From an uncultured Coriobacteriia bacterium (GTDB taxonomy: Bacteria > Actinomycetota > Coriobacteriia > Coriobacteriales > QAMH01), in the NCBI GenBank assembly GCA_902475535.1, contig CABRZR010000008.1, positions 12,217 to 76,216 on the forward strand: a DNA stretch of 64,000 nt, read 5' to 3'. Positions within the stretch are counted from its first letter, which is position 1, and every line of letters starts with the position of its first letter. The translations under genes and the position numbers were made by a program. The notes below the pieces were generated by a model. It made no database searches. It had not been told where the DNA came from and saw nothing but the letters and a program-made list of their open reading frames with translations. Shown in pieces: positions 28,050 to 37,570 of this stretch.

Positions 28050-29267
28050 GAAGGAGAGGTCCTCGATGCGGCGCATGGCTTCCTTGGTGGCCTCGGCATC
28101 GCCGAAGGCGGTGAAGCGGATGTAGCCCTCACCAGCCGGTCCGAAGCCCGCGCCTGGCGTGGTGATGACGCCGCAACGCTCGAGCAGGATATCGAAGAAC
28201 TCCCACGAGCTGATGCCTCCAGGGGTGCGACACCACACATACGGGCTGTTCACAGCACCGTACACTTCGTATCCGCAGGCTTCGAGTGCGTTCTTGATGA
28301 CGCGGGCGTTTTGCTGATAATAGGCAATCGTTTGCATGACCTGTTGCTTGCCCTCGGGCGTGTAGATGGCAGCCGCGCCTTTCTGGATGACGTAGCTCGC
28401 GCCGTTGAACTTGGTCGTCTGGCGGCGGTTCCACATGGCGTTGAGGCTCTGGCCATCGCGCTCGAGCGCCTTCGGCACCACGGTGTAGCCGCAGCGTGCG
28501 CCCGTGAAACCGGCTGTTTTGGAGAACGAGCGGAACTCGATGGCGCAGGTCTTGGCGCCCTCGACCTCGAAAATGGAGTGCGGCACGCCTTCCTCGACGA
28601 TGAAGCGCTCGTAGGCAGCATCGAAGAGGATGACGGAGTCATGCTCGTTGGCGTAATCGACCCAGGCCTTGAGTTGGTCGTAGCTGAGTACGGTGCCCGT
28701 GGGGTTATTGGGGGAGCACAGGTAGATGAGGTCGACCGGGGTTTCGGGCAGCGCTGGGCAGAAGTCGTTCTCCGCGGTCGTGGGCATGTAGACGATGTCG
28801 GTCCAGCCCTCCGTCGTCTCGTCATAGAAGCCTGCGCGGCCGGCCATAGCGTTGGTGTCGACGTAGACGGGGTAGACCGGGTCGCATACGGCAACGCGAT
28901 TGTCGATGGCGAAGATGTCACCGATGTTGCCGCAGTCGCTCTTGGCACCGTCGGAGACGAAGACCTCGTCGACGGCAATGTCCACGCCGCGGGCCGCGAA
29001 GTCGTGCTCGACGATGGCCTCGCGCAGGAAATCGTAGCCTTGTTCGGGGCCGTAGCCGTGGAAAGTGTCCACATGGGCGAGGTCGTCAACGGCGGCGTGC
29101 ATGGCCTCGACAACGGCAGGAGCGAGCGGACGCGTCACGTCGCCGATGCCCATCTTGATGAGCTTGATGTCCGGATGGGCCGCGGAGAAGTCGGCCGTAC
29201 GATGGGCAATCTCGCTGAAGAGGTAACTGCCGGGGAGTTTCTGATAGTTCTCGTTGACTGTGGCCAC
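28047..29267 (-). CDS. dapL: LL-diaminopimelate aminotransferase
   Basis: The product reads MATVNENYQKLPGSYLFSEIAHRTADF..IKMGIGDVTRPL..SFSKTAGFTG. Confidence 0.85.
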   Translation of the reverse strand: MATVNENYQKLPGSYLFSEIAHRTADFSAAHPDIKLIKMGIGDVTRPLAPAVVEAMHAAVDDLAHVDTFHGYGPEQGYDFLREAIVEHDFAARGVDIAVDEVFVSDGAKSDCGNIGDIFAIDNRVAVCDPVYPVYVDTNAMAGRAGFYDETTEGWTDIVYMPTTAENDFCPALPETPVDLIYLCSPNNPTGTVLSYDQLKAWVDYANEHDSVILFDAAYERFIVEEGVPHSIFEVEGAKTCAIEFRSFSKTAGFTGARCGYTVVPKALERDGQSLNAMWNRRQTTKFNGASYVIQKGAAAIYTPEGKQQVMQTIAYYQQNARVIKNALEACGYEVYGAVNSPYVWCRTPGGISSWEFFDILLERCGVITTPGAGFGPAGEGYIRFTAFGDAEATKEAMRRIEDLSF

Positions 29268-29348
29268 AACGGGTCCTTTCGTGTGGGAGTAAATCGTAAC
29301 CTGTAAGTGTACAACGAGAAGCGGCCGTGATTGTGGCAGAATAGCGCC

Positions 29349-30077
29349 ATGAAAAAACGCATCGCATATATGGCCATCGCCGTGCTCGTGGGCGCTTGTG
29401 CGCTTGCGGGCTGCACGTCGGGAGCCGAGACGTCCACCGTGTCATCGGCAACGGGTACCGCACCGGCGATGACCGGCAACAAGGCGGCGCAGGCAGCCGA
29501 CGTCGTCGAGGCGCAGCTCGAACGCCTGGATATCATGGAGGACATGCGCCCTGCGTTCGATCACGGCGAGAAGGGGCGGGAGTTTCAACGCTATGTCGTC
29601 TTGCATGACACCGAAAGCGAGGCCGATGCCGCGAGCATCGTCGAATACTGGGACCAGGCGGGCACGGGCGTGGCGGCGCACTTCATCGTCAACCGAGACG
29701 GCAGCATCGTGCAGTGCGTGCCGCTTGACCGCATCGCGCATCATGCCGGCTTCGGCGATACCGGTCACAACGAGCTCTACGGCGTTATGGACGAGTCGCG
29801 CGACGATAAGGTGGGGACGGTCCCCATTGGTGGCGATATGGCCGATTACGGGATGAACTCGTATTCGGTTGGCATCGAGATGGCGCATGTGGGCGGACAG
29901 GATTACCCCGAGGCGCAGCTCGAGGCCGTGGATGCGCTCATCGCCTACATCGATGGCTACTATGGCTTCGAGAGCCGCATCATCGACCACAAGGGCTGGC
30001 GCACGGGCAATTCGGACACGAGCCCGGAGTTTGCGGCATATCTGGCCAACTACCAGGCTAAGGGTACGCATTTGTAG
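29349..30077 (+). CDS. N-acetylmuramoyl-L-alanine amidase (Amidase_2) lipoprotein
   Basis: The product begins MKKRIAYMAIAVLVGACALAGCTSG (lipobox LAGC) and contains ..AAHFIVNRDGSIVQCVP..AHHAG..NSYSVGIEMAH. Confidence 0.8.
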   Translation: MKKRIAYMAIAVLVGACALAGCTSGAETSTVSSATGTAPAMTGNKAAQAADVVEAQLERLDIMEDMRPAFDHGEKGREFQRYVVLHDTESEADAASIVEYWDQAGTGVAAHFIVNRDGSIVQCVPLDRIAHHAGFGDTGHNELYGVMDESRDDKVGTVPIGGDMADYGMNSYSVGIEMAHVGGQDYPEAQLEAVDALIAYIDGYYGFESRIIDHKGWRTGNSDTSPEFAAYLANYQAKGTHL

Positions 30078-30094
30078 GGTGGCCTTCGCTGGTC

Positions 30095-31885
30095 TCATTT
30101 GCGAATGAGGCATTTGGGCCCGGAGCCGATGAGGTCGCTGCGCCCGGCCTTGAGAAGCGCTTCTTTCACAAGCTTGCGATTCTTGGGGTTGCGGTACTGG
30201 ATGAGCGCGCGTTGCATGGCCTTTTCGTGCGGCGTTTTTGCCACGTAGATAGGCTCCATCGTGCGCGGGTCAAGTCCCGTGTAGTACATGCAGGTCGAAA
30301 TCGTCGAGGGCGTGGGATAGAAATCCTGGACCTGCTCGGGGTTGTAGCCCATGTCGCGCACGAATTCGGCAAGCTCGACGGCATCGGCGAGCGTTGCACC
30401 GGGGTGCGATGACATAAGATAGGCAACCAGATACTGTTTGAGTCCGGCTTTCTTGGTTGCCCGCTTGAACGCGGCGGCGAAGCGCTTGAAAACGCTGATG
30501 GGCGGTTTGCCCATGGTCATGAGCACCGCATCCGATGCATGTTCGGGTGCGACGCGAAGCTGGCCGCTCACATGGTGCTCCACGAGCTCGCGCAGGAAGC
30601 TCGGGTCATCATCGAGCATCATGTAGTCGAAGCGCAACCCGCTGCGTATAAAGACCTTCTTGACATTGGGTAAGGCGCGAAGCTTGCGCAGCAGGGCGAG
30701 ATAATCCTCATGCGTGACGCGCAGGTTCTTGCATGGCTTTGGTGACAGGCAGCGCTTGCCCACGCAGGCACCGGTTTTGAGTTGCTTGTCGCAGGCGGGT
30801 ATGCGGAAGTTTGCCGTGGGGCCGCCGACGTCGTGAATGTAGCCCTTGAAGGCGGGGTCTTCGGTCATGAGTCGTGCCTCGTCGAGGATGGACTCATGGC
30901 TCCGGGCTTGGATAATGCGGCCTTGGTGGAAGTTGAGCGAGCAGAAGGAGCAATCGCCGAGACAGCCGCGATTGCTCGTGATCGAGAAGCGCACTTCGGC
31001 AAGGGCAGGGACGCCTGTCGTGTACGAGGGATGCACTTCACGGGCATAGGGCAGCGCGTAGATGGCATCCATCTCGGGCATGGAGAGCGGCTTTGACGGT
31101 GGGTTCTGCACGACGAAAACATTGTGCGGGTATTCCTCGGCAAGAATGTGCGCGGAGAAGGGATCGAGGTTTTCGTACTGCGTCGCGAAACTCGTTGCAT
31201 ATTTGCTCGGGTCCTGCTGCATCTCCTCGAAGCTTGGCAAAACGATGGCATCGTCGGGAAGGTGATCGAGCGAGCGCACTTTGTAGACGGTACCGTCAAT
31301 GAAACTCAGGTCATGTACCGAGAGGCCGCTGGCCAGGGCATCTGCTATCTCGATAATGGACCGCTCGCCCATGCCGTACGAGATGAGATCGGCCCCCGAA
31401 TCGAGCAGGATGGAGCGCTTGAGGCTATCCGACCAGTAATCGTAATGCGCGAGACGACGCAGACTCGCCTCGATACCGCCGAGGATGACGGGCGTCTTCT
31501 TATACGTGCGGCGAATGAGATTGCCGTAGACGACGCAGGCGCGATCGGGGCGCAGGCCAGCCGTGCCTCCAGGTGAGTATGCATCCGAATGGCGACGCTT
31601 CTTGGCGACTGTGTAGTGGTTGACCATCGAGTCCATGTTGCCCGCCGAGACGAGGAAGCCCAGCCGCGGCTCACCCAGAATGGTAACGGAGGATGGATCG
31701 CGCCAATCGGGCTGGGCGATAACGCCGACGCGATAGCCGTGGGATTCGAGCAGACGGGTGATGATTGCGGCCCCGAAGGAAGGATGGTCGACATAGGCGT
31801 CGCCGCTCACGTAGACGAAGTCAAGCTCATCCCAACCGCGCTCGCGCATATCGGCGCGGGTCATGGGTAAAAAGCCGCTTGTCAC
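30095..31885 (-). CDS. ygiQ: YgiQ-family (UPF0313) radical SAM protein
   Basis: The product reads MTSGFLPMTRADMRERGWDELDFVYVSGDAYVDHPSFGAAII..NRGCLGDCSFCSL. Confidence 0.85.
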   Translation of the reverse strand: MTSGFLPMTRADMRERGWDELDFVYVSGDAYVDHPSFGAAIITRLLESHGYRVGVIAQPDWRDPSSVTILGEPRLGFLVSAGNMDSMVNHYTVAKKRRHSDAYSPGGTAGLRPDRACVVYGNLIRRTYKKTPVILGGIEASLRRLAHYDYWSDSLKRSILLDSGADLISYGMGERSIIEIADALASGLSVHDLSFIDGTVYKVRSLDHLPDDAIVLPSFEEMQQDPSKYATSFATQYENLDPFSAHILAEEYPHNVFVVQNPPSKPLSMPEMDAIYALPYAREVHPSYTTGVPALAEVRFSITSNRGCLGDCSFCSLNFHQGRIIQARSHESILDEARLMTEDPAFKGYIHDVGGPTANFRIPACDKQLKTGACVGKRCLSPKPCKNLRVTHEDYLALLRKLRALPNVKKVFIRSGLRFDYMMLDDDPSFLRELVEHHVSGQLRVAPEHASDAVLMTMGKPPISVFKRFAAAFKRATKKAGLKQYLVAYLMSSHPGATLADAVELAEFVRDMGYNPEQVQDFYPTPSTISTCMYYTGLDPRTMEPIYVAKTPHEKAMQRALIQYRNPKNRKLVKEALLKAGRSDLIGSGPKCLIRK

Positions 31886-31890
31886 GGTGG

Positions 31891-32703
31891 CTACTCTTCG
31901 TCTTCGGGAAGCTCGAAGGCGATGAAGTCGATGAAATCGTACTGCTCGTAGCGCTTGTTGATCGCCTTGATCGCGTCGGCGCGCGTTGCGAGCTTGTCGA
32001 GTATCTCGCGGCGACGGCGAAACGCCAGGCGACCGAGCGTGCCGTATTCCTCGCGCAGCGCGTCGTATTCCTTGACGTAGGACATGACGTCGTCCTGGTA
32101 CTCGGCGATGATTTCGTCGTTCGTCTCCTCCTGATCGCCCGCCTTGGCGTCCTGAGCGGCTGCCATGAGCTCCGCATGCTGGCGCGTGAGGTAGTTGATA
32201 TCGGTGAGGCGCTGGCGCAGCTCGGTCTCGAACTTGTCGAGCTGAGCGGCCTTGGAGCGCGTGAAGGGCGTCATTGTGCTCGTGAAGCGTGCCCAGAACG
32301 ACTCCATGAGCTGCTGGAGGGCAGTGACCTTCTTCACGAAGTCCTTGCCGAGCAGGCCGACTTCACGGCGGATGTTCTCGTGTTTGACCTGGTCGAAGAC
32401 CTGGAGCGCCGTGAGCTCGCCGGCAAATTGGCGGCCAAGCAGCTCCTCGCGCTCGGTGACGTGCTCGGGGTCATACGTACCCGAACCTTCGGGCGCGTAG
32501 GGCTTGTTTCCGATGACGGAGATCTCGTCACCGACCTCCTTGACGAGGTCAAGGAACTCGAGGATGCGTACGACGGTATCGTCCACGCTCTCCTTGCGGC
32601 GACGGAGGGACTCGGGCAGCGACTTGTAGGCGTAGCGCTCGGCGGCCGTCATCTCGGGCCGGGGCGGGACGTACTTTCCACCTTTCCGCTGCTCTGCGGG
32701 CAT
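31891..32703 (-). CDS. hypothetical, predicted all-helical acidic protein
   Basis: ATG 32703 follows AAAGGAG. It ends 5 bp upstream of ygiQ, so it is probably co-transcribed. No motif was recognised. Confidence 0.5.
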   Translation of the reverse strand: MPAEQRKGGKYVPPRPEMTAAERYAYKSLPESLRRRKESVDDTVVRILEFLDLVKEVGDEISVIGNKPYAPEGSGTYDPEHVTEREELLGRQFAGELTALQVFDQVKHENIRREVGLLGKDFVKKVTALQQLMESFWARFTSTMTPFTRSKAAQLDKFETELRQRLTDINYLTRQHAELMAAAQDAKAGDQEETNDEIIAEYQDDVMSYVKEYDALREEYGTLGRLAFRRRREILDKLATRADAIKAINKRYEQYDFIDFIAFELPEDEE

Positions 32704-32830
32704 CTCATCTCCTTTGCACATAGGTTCAGTCTATTCTACGCCCCAAAATGGTCGTCGGTAAATGGGGTTTCGGACAAACGTGCCTGGCACGCTGTCTCAA
32801 AAATGAGTCAATTGACGGGATATGGCAGGC

Positions 32831-33379
32831 TTATGAGTCAGTGTGCCTGGCACGCTGACTCTTGTTCGAGGCGATGCGGTTGCTGAAATAGACGCCGAGT
32901 AGACCCGCGAGAGTACCGATGATCGCGCCGGCAAGCACGTCGGTGGGGAAGTGCACGAAGAGGTAGAGACGCGAGAACGCGATGGCAACGGCCATGACCC
33001 AGGCGGCAATCTTCCAACCACGGGCGACGGGCGCGCGCGTGATCACGGTGGCGGCGAGGAACGAGGAGAGCGCGTGGCCCGAGGGAAACGAGAAGCTGGC
33101 CGGAGCCGCGATGAGGAGCATATAGCTGGAATCGACGATGAAGGGGCGGGGACGGGCGACGAGGTTCTTGGCGCCAAACTCGCAGATGGCCCAGGTGATG
33201 GCAAGGGTCACGAGTAACGTGACGCCCCAACGGCGTGTCTTGGGAAAGATAAGCAACAAGATGCCTGCTATGATCCAAATCAGGCCGTGATCGCCACACG
33301 CGGTGACGACGGGCATGAGCGCATCGAGAAACGGGCAGCCGAGCAAGTCCTGGATACCGTAGAGTATGGCGAAGTCCAT
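32831..33379 (-). CDS. PAP2-family phosphatase (undecaprenyl-diphosphatase-like), membrane
   Basis: ATG 33379 gives MDFAILYGIQDLL... It has ..RPRP.., ..PSGHALSSF.. and ..SRLYLFVHFPTDV acid-phosphatase motifs. Confidence 0.8.
   Translation of the reverse strand: MDFAILYGIQDLLGCPFLDALMPVVTACGDHGLIWIIAGILLLIFPKTRRWGVTLLVTLAITWAICEFGAKNLVARPRPFIVDSSYMLLIAAPASFSFPSGHALSSFLAATVITRAPVARGWKIAAWVMAVAIAFSRLYLFVHFPTDVLAGAIIGTLAGLLGVYFSNRIASNKSQRARHTDS
32834..32861. repeat. P1 variant (TGAGTCAG...CTGACTC) inside the 3' end of the PAP2 gene
   Basis: TGAGTCAGTGTGCCTGGCACGCTGACTC. A further degenerate copy lies at 32772-32799, and degenerate halves lie at 2461-2541. Confidence 0.7.
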
Positions 33380-33526
33380 GCGGGTCCTTTCGGGATGATT
33401 GCTGGCATTGTGCCATATGGACACGGTGATTGAAACGGCATGGTGCGCATTCCGAAAGGACACGCGATGGGGGAGAGGGGGAGTGGTAGTATGTGCGGCA
33501 TCTATCGTCGCAGACTAGGAGCGCCC

Positions 33527-34372
33527 ATGTACATCTCCGATTCGTACCTCGAAGAACTCATCAGCGAGGATGTCCCGAGTGTCGACTTGACCACGCACGT
33601 GCTGGGCATCGGCGGGCGTCACGGCTGCATAGAATACTTCACGCGTGATGCTGGCGTGCTGTGCGGTACCGAGGAAGCCGAGCGCATCTATCACATGCTG
33701 GGTGTCGAGCGTGTCGAAATCCAGCCTTCGGGCACCCAACTTGCGCCCGGCGACGTCTTCATGCGCGTCTGGGGGCGAGCGGAAGTCCTGCACATGGGTT
33801 GGAAGTGCTGCCTTAACATCTTCGAGTACTACAGCGCGCTGGCGACCAAGACGCGTGCCATGGTCGATGCGGTGCATGCGGAGAACCCCCGTTGCGAGGT
33901 GCTGACGACGCGCAAACGCATGTCGGGTACCAAACCGCTCGATACGAAGGCAACGCTTGTGGGCGGCTCCTTCCCGCATCGCCTGGGACTTTCCGAGACC
34001 GTGCTCATATTTGCGCAGCATATTGCGTTTTATGAAGGTGGCGTTGATGCCCTCATCGCCGACATTCCCGAGCTTAAGGCACACTGTTGCGAGAAGAAGT
34101 TCTTTGTCGAGGCCGATGCCTCCGATGCGGTGCGCTTTGTCGAGGCGGGTGTTGACGGCATCCAGCTCGACAAGGTTCCCGTAGACGAACTCGCGCAGCT
34201 CGTGAGCACTCTCAAGGGCATCAATCCCCAGGTCACGGTTGTCGCAGCTGGCGGTGTCAACATGGAAAACGCCCGCGCGTACGCGGCGAGCGGCGTCGAT
34301 GGCATTGCGACAACCTGCCTGCACTTCGCCAAGCCGCTTGATATGAGCGCCCGCATGGTGGCGGATGTCTGA
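33527..34372 (+). CDS. modD: ModD-type quinolinate-phosphoribosyltransferase-family protein
   Basis: ATG 33527 gives MYISDSYLEELISEDVPSVDLTTHVLGI... The TIM-barrel C-terminal half fits the QPRTase fold. Confidence 0.65.
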   Translation: MYISDSYLEELISEDVPSVDLTTHVLGIGGRHGCIEYFTRDAGVLCGTEEAERIYHMLGVERVEIQPSGTQLAPGDVFMRVWGRAEVLHMGWKCCLNIFEYYSALATKTRAMVDAVHAENPRCEVLTTRKRMSGTKPLDTKATLVGGSFPHRLGLSETVLIFAQHIAFYEGGVDALIADIPELKAHCCEKKFFVEADASDAVRFVEAGVDGIQLDKVPVDELAQLVSTLKGINPQVTVVAAGGVNMENARAYAASGVDGIATTCLHFAKPLDMSARMVADV

Positions 34373-34898
34373 CATGTCGATGGATGCCGCGGTTTCCGAG
34401 AGGGCGCACGAGGCGCTCGAGCGCCTGCTTGCCGCGCATGAGGCGTACTTTGACGTCGAACGCGACTATTCGTTTGCGGGACGCGATTTTGCGGGGTATG
34501 CCGAGCTGCATTCGAGCGCGTCGCAATACGTGCTGGTAAAACGCGCCAAGCTCTGGGAGACCACTTCCCATGAGTATCTGTTCTTCAAGCTTGCGCCTCA
34601 TTTGGATACCGCAACGTTCGATGAGCTCGTGACGTTCATGAAAGAGGAGGCCATTGCCAAAGTCTCGCTTGGGCCTGATCACATGAACTCGTTTCTCTCG
34701 CTCGTCATCATCGCCGATTCCATGGATGCGGACCTTGCACGGCATGTGCGAAGGACGCATTTTCGAAAGAGCTTCATGCTTGGCCTCAAGGGTTGGGCTG
34801 ACCTGCGTGCATGCGTTGTCTGCTTGGACGAGAATACGGTATATGCCAACGCGATGGGAGCCGATATGGTGCCCACGCTCGAGGCGAACGCATTCTAG
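34365..34898 (+). CDS. hypothetical protein (177 aa)
   Basis: It overlaps the modD stop by 8 nt, which suggests translational coupling. No motif was recognised. Confidence 0.45.
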   Translation: MSDMSMDAAVSERAHEALERLLAAHEAYFDVERDYSFAGRDFAGYAELHSSASQYVLVKRAKLWETTSHEYLFFKLAPHLDTATFDELVTFMKEEAIAKVSLGPDHMNSFLSLVIIADSMDADLARHVRRTHFRKSFMLGLKGWADLRACVVCLDENTVYANAMGADMVPTLEANAF

Positions 34899-35017
34899 GC
34901 GTATCCCCCGCTTCCATTGGTTCTCATAAGAATTAGCAGTGGTTAAATTTTTTCTTCCATCTGCTGCCAAAAGTACTAAAATCCCTGCATTATCGAATGG
35001 ACGAGAGGTGAGTTTCG

Positions 35018-36868
35018 ATGAATGCAATGCTGATTCTGCTGGTCTCCATAGTGGTCCTGGTTTTGGGCTACATCTTCTATGGCGGGTGGCTCGCCAAGCA
35101 ATGGGGTGTCAAGGCCGAACGTGTCACGCCTGCTCACGAGTTTGAGGATGGCCGTGACTACGTTCCCGCGCCGCCGTACGTCGTGCTCGGCCACCATTTC
35201 TCGTCGATTGCCGGCGCCGGTCCCATCAACGGTCCCATCCAGGCTGCCATCTTTGGCTGGGTGCCCGTACTGCTGTGGGTGCTCATCGGCGGCATCTTCA
35301 TTGGCGCCATGCATGATTTTGGCGCGCTGTTTGCATCGCTCAGGCACAAGGGCCAGACGCTTGCGACCGTCATCCAGGAAAACGTCGACGGCATGGCCAA
35401 GAAGCTCTTCTGCATCTTCGCATACCTCACGCTCATCCTCGTGGTCGCGGCTTTCGCATCTATCGTTGCCAGCACGTTTGCCGTCACTCCGGTCCCGGCC
35501 GATGCCGCCAAGGCGGCTACCGTCGAGATGACGAACCTCGCCAATACGCGCACCGCCATGATTTCGATGCTGTTCATCGTCGTCGCGGTCATCTTTGGCC
35601 TGGCCACGCGCGGGCGCAAAATTCCCACGGCCATAAACGTTGTCTCGGCGCTTATCATCATCGTCCTCGTCGTTGCGTTGGGCTTTCTCTTCCCGGTTAT
35701 CGCGCTCGATAACACCACGTGGATGATCATCATCGGCGTCTACATCCTGCTTGCCTCGGTCGCACCCGTCTGGATTTTGCTGCAGCCGCGCGATTACCTT
35801 TCGAGCTACCTGCTCTATGGCATGATCGTGCTTGCGCTCATCGGCATCGTGGGGTCGGGCATCATGGGAGGCTCGACCGACCTGTCGATTCCCGCGTTCA
35901 CCGGCTTCACCGCCACTGCCGGCACCTCGAAGGTCGCGACGAGCGGCTTCCTCTTTCCCGCGCTGTTCATCACCATCGCCTGTGGTGCCATTTCGGGCTT
36001 CCATAGTCTCGTGGCCTCGGGTACGACTTCCAAGCAGCTTGATCGCGAGAGCGAAGCGCAACCCATTGCGTACGGTGGCATGCTGCTCGAGTGCCTGGTC
36101 GCCGTCATTTCGCTATGCGCCGTGGCGTTTGTGTTCTCGGGCTACATGGATGGCACCTATACCTCGCCCACGCAGGTCTTTGCCGCGGGCCTTTCGCAAA
36201 TGCTTGGCATGATTCCGGGGCTTGCCGGTGCCACCGACATCGCATACGCGCTGCTCATCCTTGCCGTTTCGGTGTTTTGCCTGACCTCGCTTGACACGGC
36301 GACTCGCCTGGCGCGCTATATGTTCCAGGAGCTCTTCACGCCGCAAGGCGTCGAAATCAAGGACCTGACCGGATGGCGTCGCGTCGTGACCAATCCCTGG
36401 TTCGCGACGATCGTCACCGTCGTCCTGGGCGTGTGGCTCGGCATGACGGGCTATCAGCTCGTATGGCCGCTGTTCGGCGCCGCAAATCAGCTTCTCGCCG
36501 CCCTGGGCCTGCTCGCCGTGTGCGCATGGCTCGGCAATGCGGGACGCAACAACAAGATGTTCTACGTGCCCATGGCGTTCATGCTCGTCGTGACGCTGAC
36601 GTCCCTCGTCATGACGCTGTACGCCAAATGCATGGCGCTTGCCGGTGGCGCATTGGATGCGGCGACCATTCTGCAGCTCCTCATTGCGCTGCTGCTCATC
36701 ATCTTGGCCATCATCCTGGCCGTGAAGGGACTCAGGACGATCTTCGGCGCTCGCAAGGGCGGATCGGGGACGTCGGGTGGCGACTCAGCGAATGCGGACG
36801 TGAAGGCGAATCCGGCTGACGAGCCTTTCGAGCATGCTGACCTGGGGTTTGATGATTTGAACATATAG
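35018..36868 (+). CDS. cstA: carbon starvation protein A (peptide/pyruvate transporter family)
   Basis: The 616-aa polytopic membrane protein reads MNAMLILLVSIVVLVLGYIFYGGWLAKQWGV..HHFSSIAGAGPINGPI. Confidence 0.9.
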   Translation: MNAMLILLVSIVVLVLGYIFYGGWLAKQWGVKAERVTPAHEFEDGRDYVPAPPYVVLGHHFSSIAGAGPINGPIQAAIFGWVPVLLWVLIGGIFIGAMHDFGALFASLRHKGQTLATVIQENVDGMAKKLFCIFAYLTLILVVAAFASIVASTFAVTPVPADAAKAATVEMTNLANTRTAMISMLFIVVAVIFGLATRGRKIPTAINVVSALIIIVLVVALGFLFPVIALDNTTWMIIIGVYILLASVAPVWILLQPRDYLSSYLLYGMIVLALIGIVGSGIMGGSTDLSIPAFTGFTATAGTSKVATSGFLFPALFITIACGAISGFHSLVASGTTSKQLDRESEAQPIAYGGMLLECLVAVISLCAVAFVFSGYMDGTYTSPTQVFAAGLSQMLGMIPGLAGATDIAYALLILAVSVFCLTSLDTATRLARYMFQELFTPQGVEIKDLTGWRRVVTNPWFATIVTVVLGVWLGMTGYQLVWPLFGAANQLLAALGLLAVCAWLGNAGRNNKMFYVPMAFMLVVTLTSLVMTLYAKCMALAGGALDAATILQLLIALLLIILAIILAVKGLRTIFGARKGGSGTSGGDSANADVKANPADEPFEHADLGFDDLNI

Positions 36869-36878
36869 ATGGGAGCGG

Positions 36879-36976
36879 GAGATTTCTCGACTGCGCTCAC
36901 TGCGTTCGCTCCGCTCGAAATGACAGGAGTGGGAGCGAGAGATTTCTCGACTGCGCTCGCTCCGCTCGAAATGACA
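36879..36976. repeat. family FB, two tandem units
   Basis: GAGATTTCTCGACTGCGCTCACTGCGTTCGCTCCGCTCGAAATGACA and GAGATTTCTCGACTGCGCTCGCTCCGCTCGAAATGACA, immediately after the cstA stop. Confidence 0.9.
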
Positions 36977-36991
36977 GGAATGGGAGCGGAA

Positions 36992-37022
36992 GTGGGACAA
37001 ATGACCTGTCCATTTGTCCCAC
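36992..37022. repeat. palindromic element, family P2
   Basis: GTGGGACAAATGACCTGTCCATTTGTCCCAC, adjacent to the FB units downstream of cstA. Confidence 0.85.
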
Positions 37023-37117
37023 TAGGGGAATCGTGATAGAATAACCGCAATAAGTTGCACAAGATGTGTTAGGGGCCTGATTCCCTGGCACGGAACTTAT
37101 CCAGGAGGACGATTATC

Positions 37118-37570
37118 ATGCAGCGCAGCGAACGGGGACAGTACGAGCAATTCGTCATCGGTGCCATCTCGATTCTGTCGAATCGCTTCAATCGCTTTGC
37201 CGACTCGTTGCATTCGGATATCACCTTCAAGCAGTGGTACCTCATGATGATGATTTCGCGCATGGAGGACGAACCCAAGAACGTGCGTGATATTGCCGAG
37301 TTTACCGGCACCACGCGTCAGAACGTCAAGAAGATGCTCGCGGCGCTCGAGGAGAAGGGCTATGTCACGTGTAGCCGTTCGAGTGCCGATGGCCGCGCCC
37401 TGGATGTCGAGCTTACGCGCAAGGCGTACACGTACTTCTCCGATAACGGAGCCGCCGCAGAGCGCAAGATCGACGAGCTCTTCGCAAATGTGTCGGATGC
37501 CGAGCTCATGTCCATCGTAAAGGGAATCCAGAAGCTCACCGAGTGCCTGGACGAGCTCGAAGAAGAGTAA
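37118..37570 (+). CDS. MarR-family transcriptional regulator
   Basis: The 150-aa product has a winged-helix segment: ..VRDIAEFTGTTRQNVKKMLAALEEKGYVTCSRSSADGRALDVELT. Confidence 0.8.
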   Translation: MQRSERGQYEQFVIGAISILSNRFNRFADSLHSDITFKQWYLMMMISRMEDEPKNVRDIAEFTGTTRQNVKKMLAALEEKGYVTCSRSSADGRALDVELTRKAYTYFSDNGAAAERKIDELFANVSDAELMSIVKGIQKLTECLDELEEE

